A stretch of 64,000 nucleotides of DNA from a virus, in IMG/VR virus record IMGVR_UViG_3300046642_000296, positions 13,220 through 77,219 of that record. One strand, given 5' to 3'. Positions 10,429 to 21,662 of the stretch are shown here, piece by piece (within the stretch, counting starts at the first letter, position 1; each line of letters opens with the position of its first letter). Below the pieces are notes generated by a model that saw nothing but the letters and a program-made list of their open reading frames with translations, did not search any database and was not told the origin of the DNA. A program made the position numbers and the translations under genes.

Positions 10429-10638
10429 ATGAAGGCTTCCGGGTTCCTCATCGTGGGGATCCTGATTGTGGCGGCGATCCTGGCTATCACAGCCATGCTC
10501 GTCGTCGCAGCGCCCTACATCGCCGTGGTCGTCGTCATCGCCTTCCTCGCTTTCCTGGCTTCAAAAATACCGGAGCCAGAAAAGAAGAAGGAGGCGCCGC
10601 CGAAGTGGCCACACGACCCGAACGACTTCAGGCAGTAA
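10429..10638 (+). CDS. Small membrane protein
   Basis: Two hydrophobic segments; last gene before convergent terminator. Confidence 0.7.
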   Translation: MKASGFLIVGILIVAAILAITAMLVVAAPYIAVVVVIAFLAFLASKIPEPEKKKEAPPKWPHDPNDFRQ

Positions 10639-10648
10639 CGCAGTAATG

Positions 10649-10687
10649 AAAAACCCCCAGACTAATCTCTGGGGGTTTTTCTTTTTC
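10649..10687. terminator. Bidirectional intrinsic terminator
   Basis: AAAAACCCCCAGA-CTAATC-TCTGGGGGTTTTT between convergent blocks. Confidence 0.9.
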
Positions 10688-10690
10688 TGG

Positions 10691-13600
10691 TTACCCGAAG
10701 ATGTTCACCCAGGGGTTCATCATCGGTGCGTGGAACACCTGCCCGACACCAAAGCTGTGTGTCAGACCACCGTCCATGAGCTTCGTGAAGAAGTTGTCCC
10801 CGAGTGGCGTGCCAACCGAGCCGAACATATGCGGGATCGGTACCGATGCAGCCAGCAGTGAGTGCACCGGATTGTTACGCACCATCGACATGGCCACCTT
10901 CGCCGCACGGATCTTGAAGTTGTAGAACCACAGAAGGCCCATCGACTCCAGGTAACCACGGAACCGGCCGGGCAGCTTGTCGTAGTTCACGAACTCTTCG
11001 GTCACCCGGCTGAGCGCATACGCCGACGACTTGTTCTGACGCTTGGTCAGATCATCGTAGAGCAGCGCCTTGGCGATGAAGTCCCCATACTCAACCGACT
11101 TCTGCAAGCCCTTGAAGAGTGCTGTGTCCTTCGTCACCAGTGCATAGCGGCCAGCGGTCTGCAAAGCCTTCGGCAACTTGTCGACCTGAGCTTCCAGATA
11201 CGACTGAACCTTGCCTGAAGTCAGCGCAATGTCATCTGAACCCACACGCGACGCATCCGAGATACCAGTGAATTCCCCTGCCTGGATCAACGGATGGATT
11301 GAGAGCCGCTTGAAGCTGTCCTCAATCGACTGCCACTGTGCACTCAGTTTGCGCGTGGCCACCGGATCTTCAGTTGCTGTGCGCATCTGTGCTTCCAGCT
11401 GGATCTGCTGCTGACGACCCTTCACATAGAAGTTGGTCTCCGCGATCTTGCGCGGTGCGCCCATGGCGATGTGCTTGATGGGCACACCCCGACCGACGAG
11501 CTGGAGCATGTTGCCGAGCATGTTGGTCACCGGCACCACCACCGACTTCACGACGATCAGCGTCTTGGCGTCGCCAATGAAGTTCTGCAAGGTCTTCTCC
11601 GCATTGGTGAAATACTGGTAGGCCTTGTTGCCAAACATGCCGATCATCACCCGCTTCATGTATTCCTGGGTCTCGGGCGACCAGCGGGAGTTGCCGGTAA
11701 ACACATCACCCACCGACGCATTACGGTAGCCCATCGCATCGTGCAGCATGTCGCGCGACACATAGAAATGGTCCCCGAACACTGCCTTGATCCGCTGGCG
11801 GGTTTCCGGCGTCATCAGCTTGACTGCATCGGCAATCACCGGATCCTTCGCCAGCTCACGCGGATCCGACAGGTTCACGTATTCCTTCTGGTTCGAGGCC
11901 GACTCCCTGATGTCTGCCTCGTAGCGGGCGTGCAGGGCATCGATCAGCGCATTGTTGAATTCCTGCGCCTTGGCTTCCTCAACCTGCCGGCCACGCCACA
12001 CCCCGATCATCTGGGCCAGGTTCTGCTCAGACACCGCACGCTGCGCCTGCTGCGGATCGATCGAGCGCTCGAAGGCCACCGGCACGCCCTTCTCGTCGAA
12101 GACGGGCATCAGCGGTTCCATGCCCGACTCTCCGCGTGCGAGGTTCAGTGCCGTACGGGCCACTTCAGCACGATCCGTAATCCGGCCGGCAATCATCGAC
12201 GAGTTGTTGAACCCGCTGCCGATGTCCACGCCGTTGACCGACTGGCGCACGTTCTGGAAGATGCCCTGATTAAAGAGCGTACGTGAGGAGACCGGCGCAA
12301 AGTAGTAGCCCATGCGGCCCTTCAGCCCGTCCGCGGAGCTGCCCTTGTAGTCGGCCACCCGTACGTAGGAACGCTCAGTGAGCGCCTGGTAGTTCGCATC
12401 GTCGGCCACCATCAGGTGCACACCGGTTTTCTGCTGCTCCGGGATGTAGCCCTTGAAACCGTTGATGCGACCCCGCGGCGACTGCTCAGCCTTGCGCTGC
12501 TCTTCCGCACGCTGGCCAACCAGATAGTCCGTCGTGAACTTCAGGCCGGCACTTTCCTGCTGAACCAGGGAAGCGAGCATGCCCTTTTCCGTCGGGCTCA
12601 GTTGCTCCAGCGCGTAGAGCGAGGTGAGATGGTCGACCATGCGGATGAAGTCCGCATCCCGCTTGCCCGTCTTCTTCGCCGACTTTTCGAGGAAGAGCCG
12701 GCTGATCGCTTCAGCATTACGCAGCAGGTTCGTGCCGACCTTGCCCGTCATCTGGAACTTCGCCAGCTGCTGCATCTTCTTCTGGTACAGGTTCCAGTTT
12801 GCCGGATCTGCCTGCTGGACCTTGCCCTCCAGATCGTTGATCGCCTTGTCGAGCGTCTTCGCATCACCGAGCATGCCCTGGATGTCTTCATGACTGAAGT
12901 GGCTGCGCAGTGCGGCAATGTCCGTGCGACCGAGTGCACGATGCAGCATCGACCACTCGCTGTCCTCAAGCGGGCGGCTGAACTGGTCAGCGATGATGCC
13001 CGGCACATGCTCACGATAGTTCTGGCGATCCTGCGAGATCTCCGCACGCACGGCCTTCGTCATGTCGTAGACCGGCGCATTCTCATCGGTGCGGCCCACG
13101 AAGTCATAGACGAGATCGTGCAGGGGCTGCCAGGCGTTGGCCCGGTTCATCAGCGCCACCACCGACTCCGCCACCTTGTTGCCGTTCTTCTCGGTGGCCA
13201 TGCGTGCCGAGACCTGCGCATACTTGGCCAGGTTCTTCGAGAGCGGCGAGGCGGCCGGATCGTCGATCACCTGCTGCATGCTGTCGATGATCTTATCGGT
13301 CACCCGTTCGACGCCCTGCACGACCGTTGCATTAAGCGAGTCCACTGCATCACCGGCCCAGGTCTGGCGCATGAACGACTCACGGTCGTGGGCGACATCC
13401 TGGACGTGACGCATCAGGCTATCGATCGAATCACGCACATTGCTGCTCTTCGTGTCACCGGCCATCAGGTCCGACAGGCGGCCCATCAGGCCCATGCCCA
13501 GGTTCTCCAGCATCGCATCGAGCCGGCTCTTGGCCGCGGACTTCTCGCCCTTGGGCAGATCCATCTTCTGGAGCACCGAGCGGAAGTCATCGTTGACCAT

Positions 13601-16600
13601 GGCCAGACCCAGGAACACCGGCATCAGCGACGAGCGGCCTGCCTTGTCGGTAGACGTGCCGAAGTCACCCATCACCATGTTGTACTTCTGCTGGGCCTGG
13701 TAGCGGTCATTAGGGTCATCGAGCTGCGGATCGGTCTTCATGAAGTGCTCGACCATCAGGTTCTTCGTGACGTGCTGGTAGAGCTCCTGTGCGCGGGCCA
13801 TCGACGAAGGATCGATATGCGCCTGCGTGCCGAGGGCTGCCGCAATCAGCGAGAAGGTGCTCGCTTCCTGCATACTCATCGGAAAGCCATGGGCCTGCAC
13901 CTGCAGTGCGAGTCCGGCAGCCTGAACCTTGGCAAAGTTCGCCTGTGCCTGGCCTGTGCTCGCCACATCGGCCGGCATCGGCTGACGGGAGAACGAATCG
14001 AGCAGGCCGGCGAAGGACTTGTTCAGCTCAACGAGCCGGGGATTGGTGCCATAGTTGCTGTTCTGGTACAGCACCGTGCTGCGCAGTGCCTGGGCAACCG
14101 ACGGCTGCGTGCGCATCAGCACGGCCGAGTTGAACAGCAGGTTGCTGAACATGTCCGCACCCGGCGTAACCGGTACCTGCTTGCGGCCATACACCAGCTG
14201 CCGGATCGCCTTGAACACGTCCTTGGCCATCTGAACCAGGGAAGAGACAACCGTCTTCTTCCCGAGCTCCGCCAGATCCTTGCTGGCCAGCGCCCAGGCC
14301 ATGAACTCGTTCAGTGCCGAAGCCTTACCTTCCGCCGAGCTGTCCATCACCGAGTGGATCGCCGCCACCGCATCAGCGTGAGCCTGCTGCGCGGCCTCCG
14401 ACTCCTTCGACACATCGAGCTCGAGGAACTGGCCCATCATCGTTTCGATGCGGCCGATCGTATCCTTGACCACTGCAGCATTCGCGCCCAGGTCACTGCC
14501 CTGGTAGAACGCATGCACGGTCTCAAACGTCGAGGCGTGGATGAGCTCGTGCGTGAGCGTTTCCGCAGACGGATTGATCAGGTAGATCCGCTGCGACTGC
14601 GGCAGCGTCAGACCCTTCACACCAGGGCCGAACGCTGCGGCCGTGTCACTCTGGTTGAAAGCGAACTTCGCCAGCTGCTCGGGCGTGCCCGAGATCACCT
14701 TGTATCCCTTGGCTCCCAGCGAACGCGGGATCTCTTTCAGAATAGCGGCCTGGTGTTCCGGGATGCCTGCCTGAGTGCGGATCTTGTTGACGGCCGTAGT
14801 CGAGAGGACACGTACACCAGTGGATTTGTCCACGCGTCCGAGGGAATTGACCTGTTTGGCGATGTCAGCCGACTCGGCCGCCTGGGTATTAGCCGCAGCC
14901 GCTTCCGGCTGTTCAACAGGAACGCCCTGCTGTACCGGTTCCTCAGTTTTCGCTTTTGCACGCAGTTTCTCCAGTTCCTCGGCGTACAGGTTGGCGAGCT
15001 GCGCCGCCTTCTCCTCATCGGTGCCGCTGATCTGGATCTTGCCATCGACGACGTGCGGGGCGCCGGCTGCTGCCATCTGGTCGACCGACAGGTTCACCCG
15101 GTCCATCACATTATGGCGCGCTTCGATCTGCAGGGCTGATTCCTGCAGTGCCTTCGACGTGGCTTCCATCTTCGAGACGATGTCTGCAACGTCCACATCC
15201 TTGGCCGAGCTGCCCAGACCAAAGAGCGACTTGGCCAGCTGGTCGTGCAGCTCGGGATTGCTGGCGATGAACTTCGCCAGATCGAGCTTGCTGGAAACCG
15301 ACTTCATGAAGCCGCCCCAGGCCTCGGACACTGCCTGCATCGGGTTGCCCCGCCAGGAGTCGAGCACTGCTTCATTGGCTGCCTGGCTCTGCTCGGTGAT
15401 CGAATCGAGCGGCATGTTCATACCATCAAAGATCTTCAGCGTGCGGCGCACCCGCGGATCGTTGGCCAGGTTCTGCATCATCTTGCCGTCGCCCATGCCG
15501 ATGTTCAGGAACGGGATACCGGCGACACCAGCGTTGGCCGGACCATAGACGAAGGCTGTCGCCCGGAACGAGCCATCCAGAGCCCGACCGAAGTCAGTCG
15601 TATCGACACCACTGTTTTGCGAACCGGCAACGAAGAAGGACTGATCCTTCGTCTGAACCAGGGGATGGAACACAGCCAGGGATTCCATCACCTTGTTCAG
15701 CTCATTGCTCGACAGGAACTCATCCCGGCCAAAGTCAGGGTTCGCCTTTTCCTTGGCCTGCAGTGCCGACTCCACACCCTGGAGGAACAGGTGCTGCATG
15801 AAGATCGACTGGGTTTGCGTGGCCTGGCGGATCAGGTTCGTACTCTTCTCCAGATCACCCACTACATCCTTGATGGCACCACGCAGCGGATCGACGAACA
15901 GCGTGCGCATGTTCGCGGACATGTTCTTCAGTTCCTGCGGTGTGAAGGTGAACTTCGTGAAGCCCTTGCTGACCGTGCTGTTCTCACCTGCCGGCGTGTC
16001 GATCAGGTAGTGCTGACCCTTCTTCGAGCTGTAGACCGCCGTGCTGTCGATCAGGGCATTGATACGCTGGTTGAACTTCGCCCACTTTTCCTCGGCGAGC
16101 GGATCATCCGGAAAGAAGGCTTCAGCCGGCGTGACCGACTGGTCAGCCTCTTCAGCATCAGCCATGCGCTGCGCGGCCGCACTCATGCGCTCGTAGATCG
16201 CATCGACCATGCCACCCACCATCTTGGCGGCAATGCCGTTGGCACCCGAGCCGTAGATCGTGATCGTCAGCGGGTTCTTGGCGATGCCCCGGCCGATTTC
16301 GAGCTTGCCATCCTTGATGTCCAGATCAGGCAGGAACATGTCCATCAGGTTCATCAGGTGGCGTTGCTGCTGCAGCACCTTGTCATTGCCCTGGCTCTTC
16401 AGGGACTGGTTCAGGTCGGCGAGGTGGCTGCGCAGCCGGTCGGTCGTGGCCTGATACAGGTCAGCCGCACCGTCAGGCGTCGAGCGGATTGCCGATGAGG
16501 TATTGGCTGCCGTGCCGCCGATCTCCAGCCCACCACGGCGCATGTTCGATACCCAGTCAGCCGTGAATGGCCCGGTCGAGAGCAGCGCCATGGCATTGAC

Positions 16601-19600
16601 CGGACCATTGGTCATGCCATCGGCCTCGAGGTACTTGGTCGTGGTGAACTTCGCACGCTCCTCCGCCGACGCATTCTGGAAGCGGGCGTACTCGGTCAGT
16701 GCATGCAGAGCCAGAGGAGAGATATCCTGGCCGGCTGCCGTGAACGCATCCTCCACCGTCTTCGTGGCCAGCGGTGCCTCATCCTTCAGCCACTTCTGGA
16801 AGTGCTCGACTGCCGGCGCAAAGACGCCATTGAGCAGGCCATCGAGCTTGCTGTGGATGTCGGCGTAGGCGAGGTTGTGCACCTTGATGCCAAGCGCCTG
16901 GGCCAGACCCAGTTCGAATGCCTGCATGTGCTTCGCATCGGTCAGATCGAGCGTGGCACGCGTGGGCAGCATCACTTCGCGGATGAGCTTCGTCGACTGC
17001 GGGTTGTACTTGCCGAGCATCTGCATGCGGCCCACCCGGCTCATGTTGTAGCCGTAGTGGTTGGGCACATCTTCGGGCGCAACACCCTGCTCCTGCGCCG
17101 TAGCCTCAATGGCTGCGTGCAGGTTCTGGAACTCCCGGTAAGCGGCCCGGATGGTCATGTTCTGACCGGCGAGTGATGCCTTGTGGTTGTCGTTGAGCGC
17201 TCGGCCTTCCAGATCCCCTGCCCCGAACCAGCGAAGCGCAACAGCCTCGGTCATGTCGTGATAGAGGCTGGCCATCGTCGGATTCAGAAAGTGCGGCGTG
17301 TCCTGCTCGTTCTTCAGTGCCGAGAGCTGGTCGCCCGTGTTCTTCACGTACTCATTGCGCATCTGGCGACGGGCCACGTCCGGACGCTGGTCATCGAAAT
17401 AGTAGGTCGGCGTCGACTTCGTGAGCACCGACTTTTCAATGAGGTCCGGGAACTTGCGGATCGCGTCTTCCTTGTCGAGCTTCACCGGCAGGATCCGGTT
17501 GATCGACTTGACGTGCTCACTCTCCACCGTGTCTTTCGTGGGATCGATCAGACCGCCGTTCTCGGACGTGTCCACCCAGATCTTGTCCGTGTCGATGAGA
17601 CCGTGCTCCTGCAGCGCACGCAGCACTTCGGCCGCCATCGACAGCGGGATACCTTCGGTGTAGCCGATCGGTGCGTCACGGTTTGCACGCACACCCCAGT
17701 ACTGCTGGATCTTCGCAGCGAGTGAGTCGAGTGCTTCGGTCGTGCCGATGCTGCCCTTCAGGCGGGTAACGAGCGTGTCATCGACAGCACCCACCGGAAC
17801 GCCGGTGAGCTCCGACGCATGCTGCGCATCGAACACATTGCCAAGCTGACCGGAGCCAAGAAACCAGGTCATGCCGGCGAGCGCTGCACCCTGCAGCAGC
17901 TGCTCGTTATACTGCAGCCGGCCGTCGACGTTTTCCGTCAGGTTCAGCAGCTTGCCATCGACCCAGCGGTGAGCATGAGCGGCCTTGCCTTCCTCATTGA
18001 GGAAGCGCTCGCCCACACGCTTGTCCGTGAGGAACTTGTCCAGGTTGTCACGCAGCGTGCCGAGGATCCGGTCAATGTCACGGAAGGCCGTGGCATAACC
18101 CTTCCATACATCCTTGCTGAACTCTTCCGGCATTGCTCGGATCGCCTGCTTCACCGAGTCGGCAATGGCCTGCACCGGCTCTTCATGAAGCACGACATTG
18201 CTCGGCGGCGTGTTCTCGTCAGCACCCCTGGCCGGTCGGAAAGCCTGGGTGAACTGGTTGCCACCGGCTTTCGGTTCGATCAGTTGCGGATAGGCCGCGG
18301 CCAGTCCCTGCTTCTGTTCAGCAACAGGCGCAGCCCCAACCTTCTCTGCAGGCTTTGCTTCGGGTTTGACTACCGGCGCAGCATCTGCCTTCACTGGCTC
18401 AGTTGTCTTGACCTCTGCCTTAACTTCAACCGGAGCCTGTTCAACCGGCTTGCTGGTAGGTGCCGGTGCAGCTTCCCTGGTGGCGACCTTCGGCTCAGCA
18501 GGCGTAACAGTCTGTTGCGGCGCCTGGCTCTTTGCCTGGACCGGCGTAGACTTTGCTGAACGGGTACCATCCTTGAATTCACGGACGACATCATCCAGTG
18601 AACCATCAGCCAGCCGGGAATCCAGAGGAGTCTGTGTCAGATGCTCAACATTCAGTTCGGGAAAAGCCGTACTCAGATGGTTGTGGAGGTCCGTCAGGAA
18701 CTTCGCCTCACTGGCTACTCGCCGGGCCAGAGCAACACTGGTCTTGCTCGTCGGATTGACGAACACACCTTCCTTCGACTTGCCGAAGCTGCGGTCCGCG
18801 TTGGCGGAGAGCGTCTCGTAATGGACCGTGCTTCGTACACCATCCTTGGCCGTAGCCAGATGCCCGTTGATCGCCGCGAGCTTGTTCTGCTGGCTCTGGG
18901 CAAACTTCTGGAGGTCAAGCAGCTGGCTGCGGGCACCATCGAGATCACCCGAACGGTACGCCGAGCGAATCGTCTGCGCATGGCCCAGCGCCGACTTCTG
19001 GAACGGGTTCGCCGCATCTTCCACAGCCACATTCTTCGCCACCAGATCCTGCGGGCTTAGCGGCTTGTCACCGTTGGCCGTCAGTTCATCGAAGTGCGTC
19101 TGGGCCGTCTTGAGCAATGCGGCCGCCGCCAGCAGGGCACGACGCTGCGGATCATTGAGCCCGATCGACGTAGCGTGTTTGAGCGCGATCTGCACCGACG
19201 GCAGATCCAGCTTCTGCGGCGCCACTTCAGCGAGGTTCGCAATCGTCTTCGCATCCGCCAGACCTTCCGGCGTCTGGACGCGTTGTTCGGTCAGCGGTTT
19301 GATGATGTCGGCTGCCCGGTCCACCAGGGTCTTCGCCGCACGGTCAGCGCGAGCCATCCCCGGAGTCGATTCCACACCCTTGGCGAATGTCGCCACGTCA
19401 TCAGCGAATGCACGGGCTTCATGCCCCTGTGGGAGGTCATCAAGGGCATGCGGATTGGCATCGGCAAAGCGGCCAATGTCAGCCTTCTCCTGCTCGAGCT
19501 GCGCCGCCACTGCAAGGCGATCGGCTTCCGGATGCTCCGTATCCTGCAGGTAGGCCTGCATGTTCTGGATCGCCGTGAAGCGGTTGGTCGCATCGCCGAC

Positions 19601-21559
19601 GGCCTGCTGGGCAGCCGGATGCCACTGCGCCACCTGCTCCGGTGAGAGCTCGGTGATCTTCGACGCCTGATCGAGGTAATCGTTGGCGCGAGCCTTCGCT
19701 TCCGGCGACAGGTCCGGCGTGTCGTTGACCGACTGCCTGAGTGCTTCCGCCTGGCTCGGTGCCGTGGCCTGCATGTCCTGTGCAGCCTGGGCAACCGTTT
19801 CATCGGCCACCGGCGAATCCTGCTCGTTCTGCTTCATGACTGCATCGCCACGATTGGCGAAATAGTCGGTCACCTTCGAGACATAGGGCTTCGCCGTCTG
19901 AACCAGGGAACCCAATGCCGAGCCTGCTGCGCCAGCGAGACCCGTACCGGTTTCAGCGACAGCTGAGCCCGCATCCTTCAGGGTCGAGAGACCCGCACGG
20001 ATCTGGTCGATGGCCGGGCTATTACGCGCAGCATCCACACCGGCACCGATGCCTTTGGCGGCGAGCGTAGCAGCACCGAGCGGCGCACGGATGGCTGCAC
20101 CCAGCGCCACACCAGGAGCTGCCACATGGCCGGCAGCCGCCGCACCATAGAGCGCACCCTGGCCGAACTGCTGACCTACGGAGTCGAGCAGATCCTGGGC
20201 CGGATTCGATCCCTGGCTCTCAGCGTAGTTCTGCGCTACCTGGCCTGTGGCGTTCTGCGTACCCTCTTCGAGCGCTTCCTTGCCCACGTTCTGCAAGGCC
20301 GTGCGCACACCACCGAGCTTGAACGGATGGGCTTCGAACGGTGCCACCAGTGCGCCAGTGAGCACGCCGGCCGGTGCCTGCCACTTCGCAGCCGTTGCGC
20401 CTTCATTGCCGGCGAGCGTGGCCCGTGCATCTTCCGGTGTCATGCCGCCCGCCACCAGCTTATTGAAAGCTGGCGACTGCTGGGCGAGCGTAGCCGGGTC
20501 CGTGTTCATCACATCAGCGGCGGTCTGCTGGTAAGCACCCGCCCCTTCCATCGCACCGATGGCCAGCGAACCAGGGACGTACTTCTCACCTGCCTGCACC
20601 GCGGCGTCGAGCAGCCGGGATGCGGAGTTCGTGCCGGTCGCACGGGCAATATCGGCTGACATGCCAAGACCGAGCCGGGCAGTTTCCGGCAGGATCGCCT
20701 TGCCGGTCGCACCGATCACCTTGGCGACCGGTCCCGTTGCAAGCAGCGATCCGACAGCATTCGAGGCGCCTTCTCCAAACGCTGTCGGATCTGCCACTTG
20801 ATGGCCCACCGAGTCAAGGACATTACGGCCTTCACGGCGCAATGTAGCCACCACGTCATGGCTGGGAGACTTGTAGCCCAGCGCAGCATCGAGCGCATTC
20901 AGTGAAGTTTCAACACTGCCCGGACTGGCAGCCTTCTCTTTCTCGAACTGGGCCTGGTTGTCCCGGCTCGTGAGCGAGTCGAGTGCGGCCACCTGGCTGG
21001 CACTGTCCTGGGCAGTCTGCGACTTGTAGCCTTGTTGCGTGTTTTGCCAGTCACCCAGGCTCTGCGCAATCGAGGCGCCGAGCTTCGGATCGATCACATG
21101 CGCGCCCAGTGCACCGAAGGAACCAAGGGTGGAAGCGAGACCGGTACCCAGCGAGTTGGCAGAGTCACCCAGGATCTGGCCCAGATCACGCGAGCGGGCA
21201 TCCTGATTGCCGACATCACGCGTGGCCGAGACATAGCGGTCCAGCATTTTCTGGCCTTCATCACCGTACTTGGCGACGAACGACACGGGGTCCATCGTGC
21301 GCAGGTCATGTTCAACCGGACTGGCTGATGCCAGACCCGCATTGCTTTGACGGCTGGCGGCCACAGCCAGCGGGTAATACGACTGCTGCGTGAGACCGGA
21401 GACTTTCTCGACGATCGAGGCCTGCTTGTCAGGCGTGAGGAAGGAGAGTTGCTGCTGGATCCGGGCGGAAGTCGCATCGAGCGACTGCGGAGCGTTGACC
21501 GGTGCCGGTGGTGCAGCTGCATTCGCAGCAGCGTCCAGCAGGGAATTCAGGTCTGCCAT
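10691..21559 (-). CDS. Virion-encapsidated RNA polymerase (N4 gp50-like)
   Basis: 3622 aa; MSRVGRMQM, motif A EADGMTNG, motif B RGIAKNPLTITIYG, motif C KIFDG; no Cys seen on reading. Confidence 0.98.
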   Translation of the reverse strand: MADLNSLLDAAANAAAPPAPVNAPQSLDATSARIQQQLSFLTPDKQASIVEKVSGLTQQSYYPLAVAASRQSNAGLASASPVEHDLRTMDPVSFVAKYGDEGQKMLDRYVSATRDVGNQDARSRDLGQILGDSANSLGTGLASTLGSFGALGAHVIDPKLGASIAQSLGDWQNTQQGYKSQTAQDSASQVAALDSLTSRDNQAQFEKEKAASPGSVETSLNALDAALGYKSPSHDVVATLRREGRNVLDSVGHQVADPTAFGEGASNAVGSLLATGPVAKVIGATGKAILPETARLGLGMSADIARATGTNSASRLLDAAVQAGEKYVPGSLAIGAMEGAGAYQQTAADVMNTDPATLAQQSPAFNKLVAGGMTPEDARATLAGNEGATAAKWQAPAGVLTGALVAPFEAHPFKLGGVRTALQNVGKEALEEGTQNATGQVAQNYAESQGSNPAQDLLDSVGQQFGQGALYGAAAAGHVAAPGVALGAAIRAPLGAATLAAKGIGAGVDAARNSPAIDQIRAGLSTLKDAGSAVAETGTGLAGAAGSALGSLVQTAKPYVSKVTDYFANRGDAVMKQNEQDSPVADETVAQAAQDMQATAPSQAEALRQSVNDTPDLSPEAKARANDYLDQASKITELSPEQVAQWHPAAQQAVGDATNRFTAIQNMQAYLQDTEHPEADRLAVAAQLEQEKADIGRFADANPHALDDLPQGHEARAFADDVATFAKGVESTPGMARADRAAKTLVDRAADIIKPLTEQRVQTPEGLADAKTIANLAEVAPQKLDLPSVQIALKHATSIGLNDPQRRALLAAAALLKTAQTHFDELTANGDKPLSPQDLVAKNVAVEDAANPFQKSALGHAQTIRSAYRSGDLDGARSQLLDLQKFAQSQQNKLAAINGHLATAKDGVRSTVHYETLSANADRSFGKSKEGVFVNPTSKTSVALARRVASEAKFLTDLHNHLSTAFPELNVEHLTQTPLDSRLADGSLDDVVREFKDGTRSAKSTPVQAKSQAPQQTVTPAEPKVATREAAPAPTSKPVEQAPVEVKAEVKTTEPVKADAAPVVKPEAKPAEKVGAAPVAEQKQGLAAAYPQLIEPKAGGNQFTQAFRPARGADENTPPSNVVLHEEPVQAIADSVKQAIRAMPEEFSKDVWKGYATAFRDIDRILGTLRDNLDKFLTDKRVGERFLNEEGKAAHAHRWVDGKLLNLTENVDGRLQYNEQLLQGAALAGMTWFLGSGQLGNVFDAQHASELTGVPVGAVDDTLVTRLKGSIGTTEALDSLAAKIQQYWGVRANRDAPIGYTEGIPLSMAAEVLRALQEHGLIDTDKIWVDTSENGGLIDPTKDTVESEHVKSINRILPVKLDKEDAIRKFPDLIEKSVLTKSTPTYYFDDQRPDVARRQMRNEYVKNTGDQLSALKNEQDTPHFLNPTMASLYHDMTEAVALRWFGAGDLEGRALNDNHKASLAGQNMTIRAAYREFQNLHAAIEATAQEQGVAPEDVPNHYGYNMSRVGRMQMLGKYNPQSTKLIREVMLPTRATLDLTDAKHMQAFELGLAQALGIKVHNLAYADIHSKLDGLLNGVFAPAVEHFQKWLKDEAPLATKTVEDAFTAAGQDISPLALHALTEYARFQNASAEERAKFTTTKYLEADGMTNGPVNAMALLSTGPFTADWVSNMRRGGLEIGGTAANTSSAIRSTPDGAADLYQATTDRLRSHLADLNQSLKSQGNDKVLQQQRHLMNLMDMFLPDLDIKDGKLEIGRGIAKNPLTITIYGSGANGIAAKMVGGMVDAIYERMSAAAQRMADAEEADQSVTPAEAFFPDDPLAEEKWAKFNQRINALIDSTAVYSSKKGQHYLIDTPAGENSTVSKGFTKFTFTPQELKNMSANMRTLFVDPLRGAIKDVVGDLEKSTNLIRQATQTQSIFMQHLFLQGVESALQAKEKANPDFGRDEFLSSNELNKVMESLAVFHPLVQTKDQSFFVAGSQNSGVDTTDFGRALDGSFRATAFVYGPANAGVAGIPFLNIGMGDGKMMQNLANDPRVRRTLKIFDGMNMPLDSITEQSQAANEAVLDSWRGNPMQAVSEAWGGFMKSVSSKLDLAKFIASNPELHDQLAKSLFGLGSSAKDVDVADIVSKMEATSKALQESALQIEARHNVMDRVNLSVDQMAAAGAPHVVDGKIQISGTDEEKAAQLANLYAEELEKLRAKAKTEEPVQQGVPVEQPEAAAANTQAAESADIAKQVNSLGRVDKSTGVRVLSTTAVNKIRTQAGIPEHQAAILKEIPRSLGAKGYKVISGTPEQLAKFAFNQSDTAAAFGPGVKGLTLPQSQRIYLINPSAETLTHELIHASTFETVHAFYQGSDLGANAAVVKDTIGRIETMMGQFLELDVSKESEAAQQAHADAVAAIHSVMDSSAEGKASALNEFMAWALASKDLAELGKKTVVSSLVQMAKDVFKAIRQLVYGRKQVPVTPGADMFSNLLFNSAVLMRTQPSVAQALRSTVLYQNSNYGTNPRLVELNKSFAGLLDSFSRQPMPADVASTGQAQANFAKVQAAGLALQVQAHGFPMSMQEASTFSLIAAALGTQAHIDPSSMARAQELYQHVTKNLMVEHFMKTDPQLDDPNDRYQAQQKYNMVMGDFGTSTDKAGRSSLMPVFLGLAMVNDDFRSVLQKMDLPKGEKSAAKSRLDAMLENLGMGLMGRLSDLMAGDTKSSNVRDSIDSLMRHVQDVAHDRESFMRQTWAGDAVDSLNATVVQGVERVTDKIIDSMQQVIDDPAASPLSKNLAKYAQVSARMATEKNGNKVAESVVALMNRANAWQPLHDLVYDFVGRTDENAPVYDMTKAVRAEISQDRQNYREHVPGIIADQFSRPLEDSEWSMLHRALGRTDIAALRSHFSHEDIQGMLGDAKTLDKAINDLEGKVQQADPANWNLYQKKMQQLAKFQMTGKVGTNLLRNAEAISRLFLEKSAKKTGKRDADFIRMVDHLTSLYALEQLSPTEKGMLASLVQQESAGLKFTTDYLVGQRAEEQRKAEQSPRGRINGFKGYIPEQQKTGVHLMVADDANYQALTERSYVRVADYKGSSADGLKGRMGYYFAPVSSRTLFNQGIFQNVRQSVNGVDIGSGFNNSSMIAGRITDRAEVARTALNLARGESGMEPLMPVFDEKGVPVAFERSIDPQQAQRAVSEQNLAQMIGVWRGRQVEEAKAQEFNNALIDALHARYEADIRESASNQKEYVNLSDPRELAKDPVIADAVKLMTPETRQRIKAVFGDHFYVSRDMLHDAMGYRNASVGDVFTGNSRWSPETQEYMKRVMIGMFGNKAYQYFTNAEKTLQNFIGDAKTLIVVKSVVVPVTNMLGNMLQLVGRGVPIKHIAMGAPRKIAETNFYVKGRQQQIQLEAQMRTATEDPVATRKLSAQWQSIEDSFKRLSIHPLIQAGEFTGISDASRVGSDDIALTSGKVQSYLEAQVDKLPKALQTAGRYALVTKDTALFKGLQKSVEYGDFIAKALLYDDLTKRQNKSSAYALSRVTEEFVNYDKLPGRFRGYLESMGLLWFYNFKIRAAKVAMSMVRNNPVHSLLAASVPIPHMFGSVGTPLGDNFFTKLMDGGLTHSFGVGQVFHAPMMNPWVNIFG

Positions 21560-21608
21560 TGACGGTCCCTGTATAAGAGATAAGTTTGAGGTAGAAGTTT
21601 ACGCCAGA

Positions 21609-21641
21609 TAAAGAAAAAGCCCCACCATTTCTGGTGAGGCT
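21609..21641 (-). terminator. Intrinsic terminator between gp51-like gene and vRNAP
   Basis: AGCCCCACCA-TTTC-TGGTGAGGCT with A-run giving U-tail on - strand. Confidence 0.7.
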
Positions 21642-21662
21642 CTTCGTGAAGTCAGGTCAGTT

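Noticed and set aside
12416-15139. 907-aa + strand ORF and other long antisense ORFs (5141-7126, 27600-29684, 1946-3031)
   Set aside because: Shadow frames opposite well-supported genes, expected at high GC3, with no recognisable motifs.
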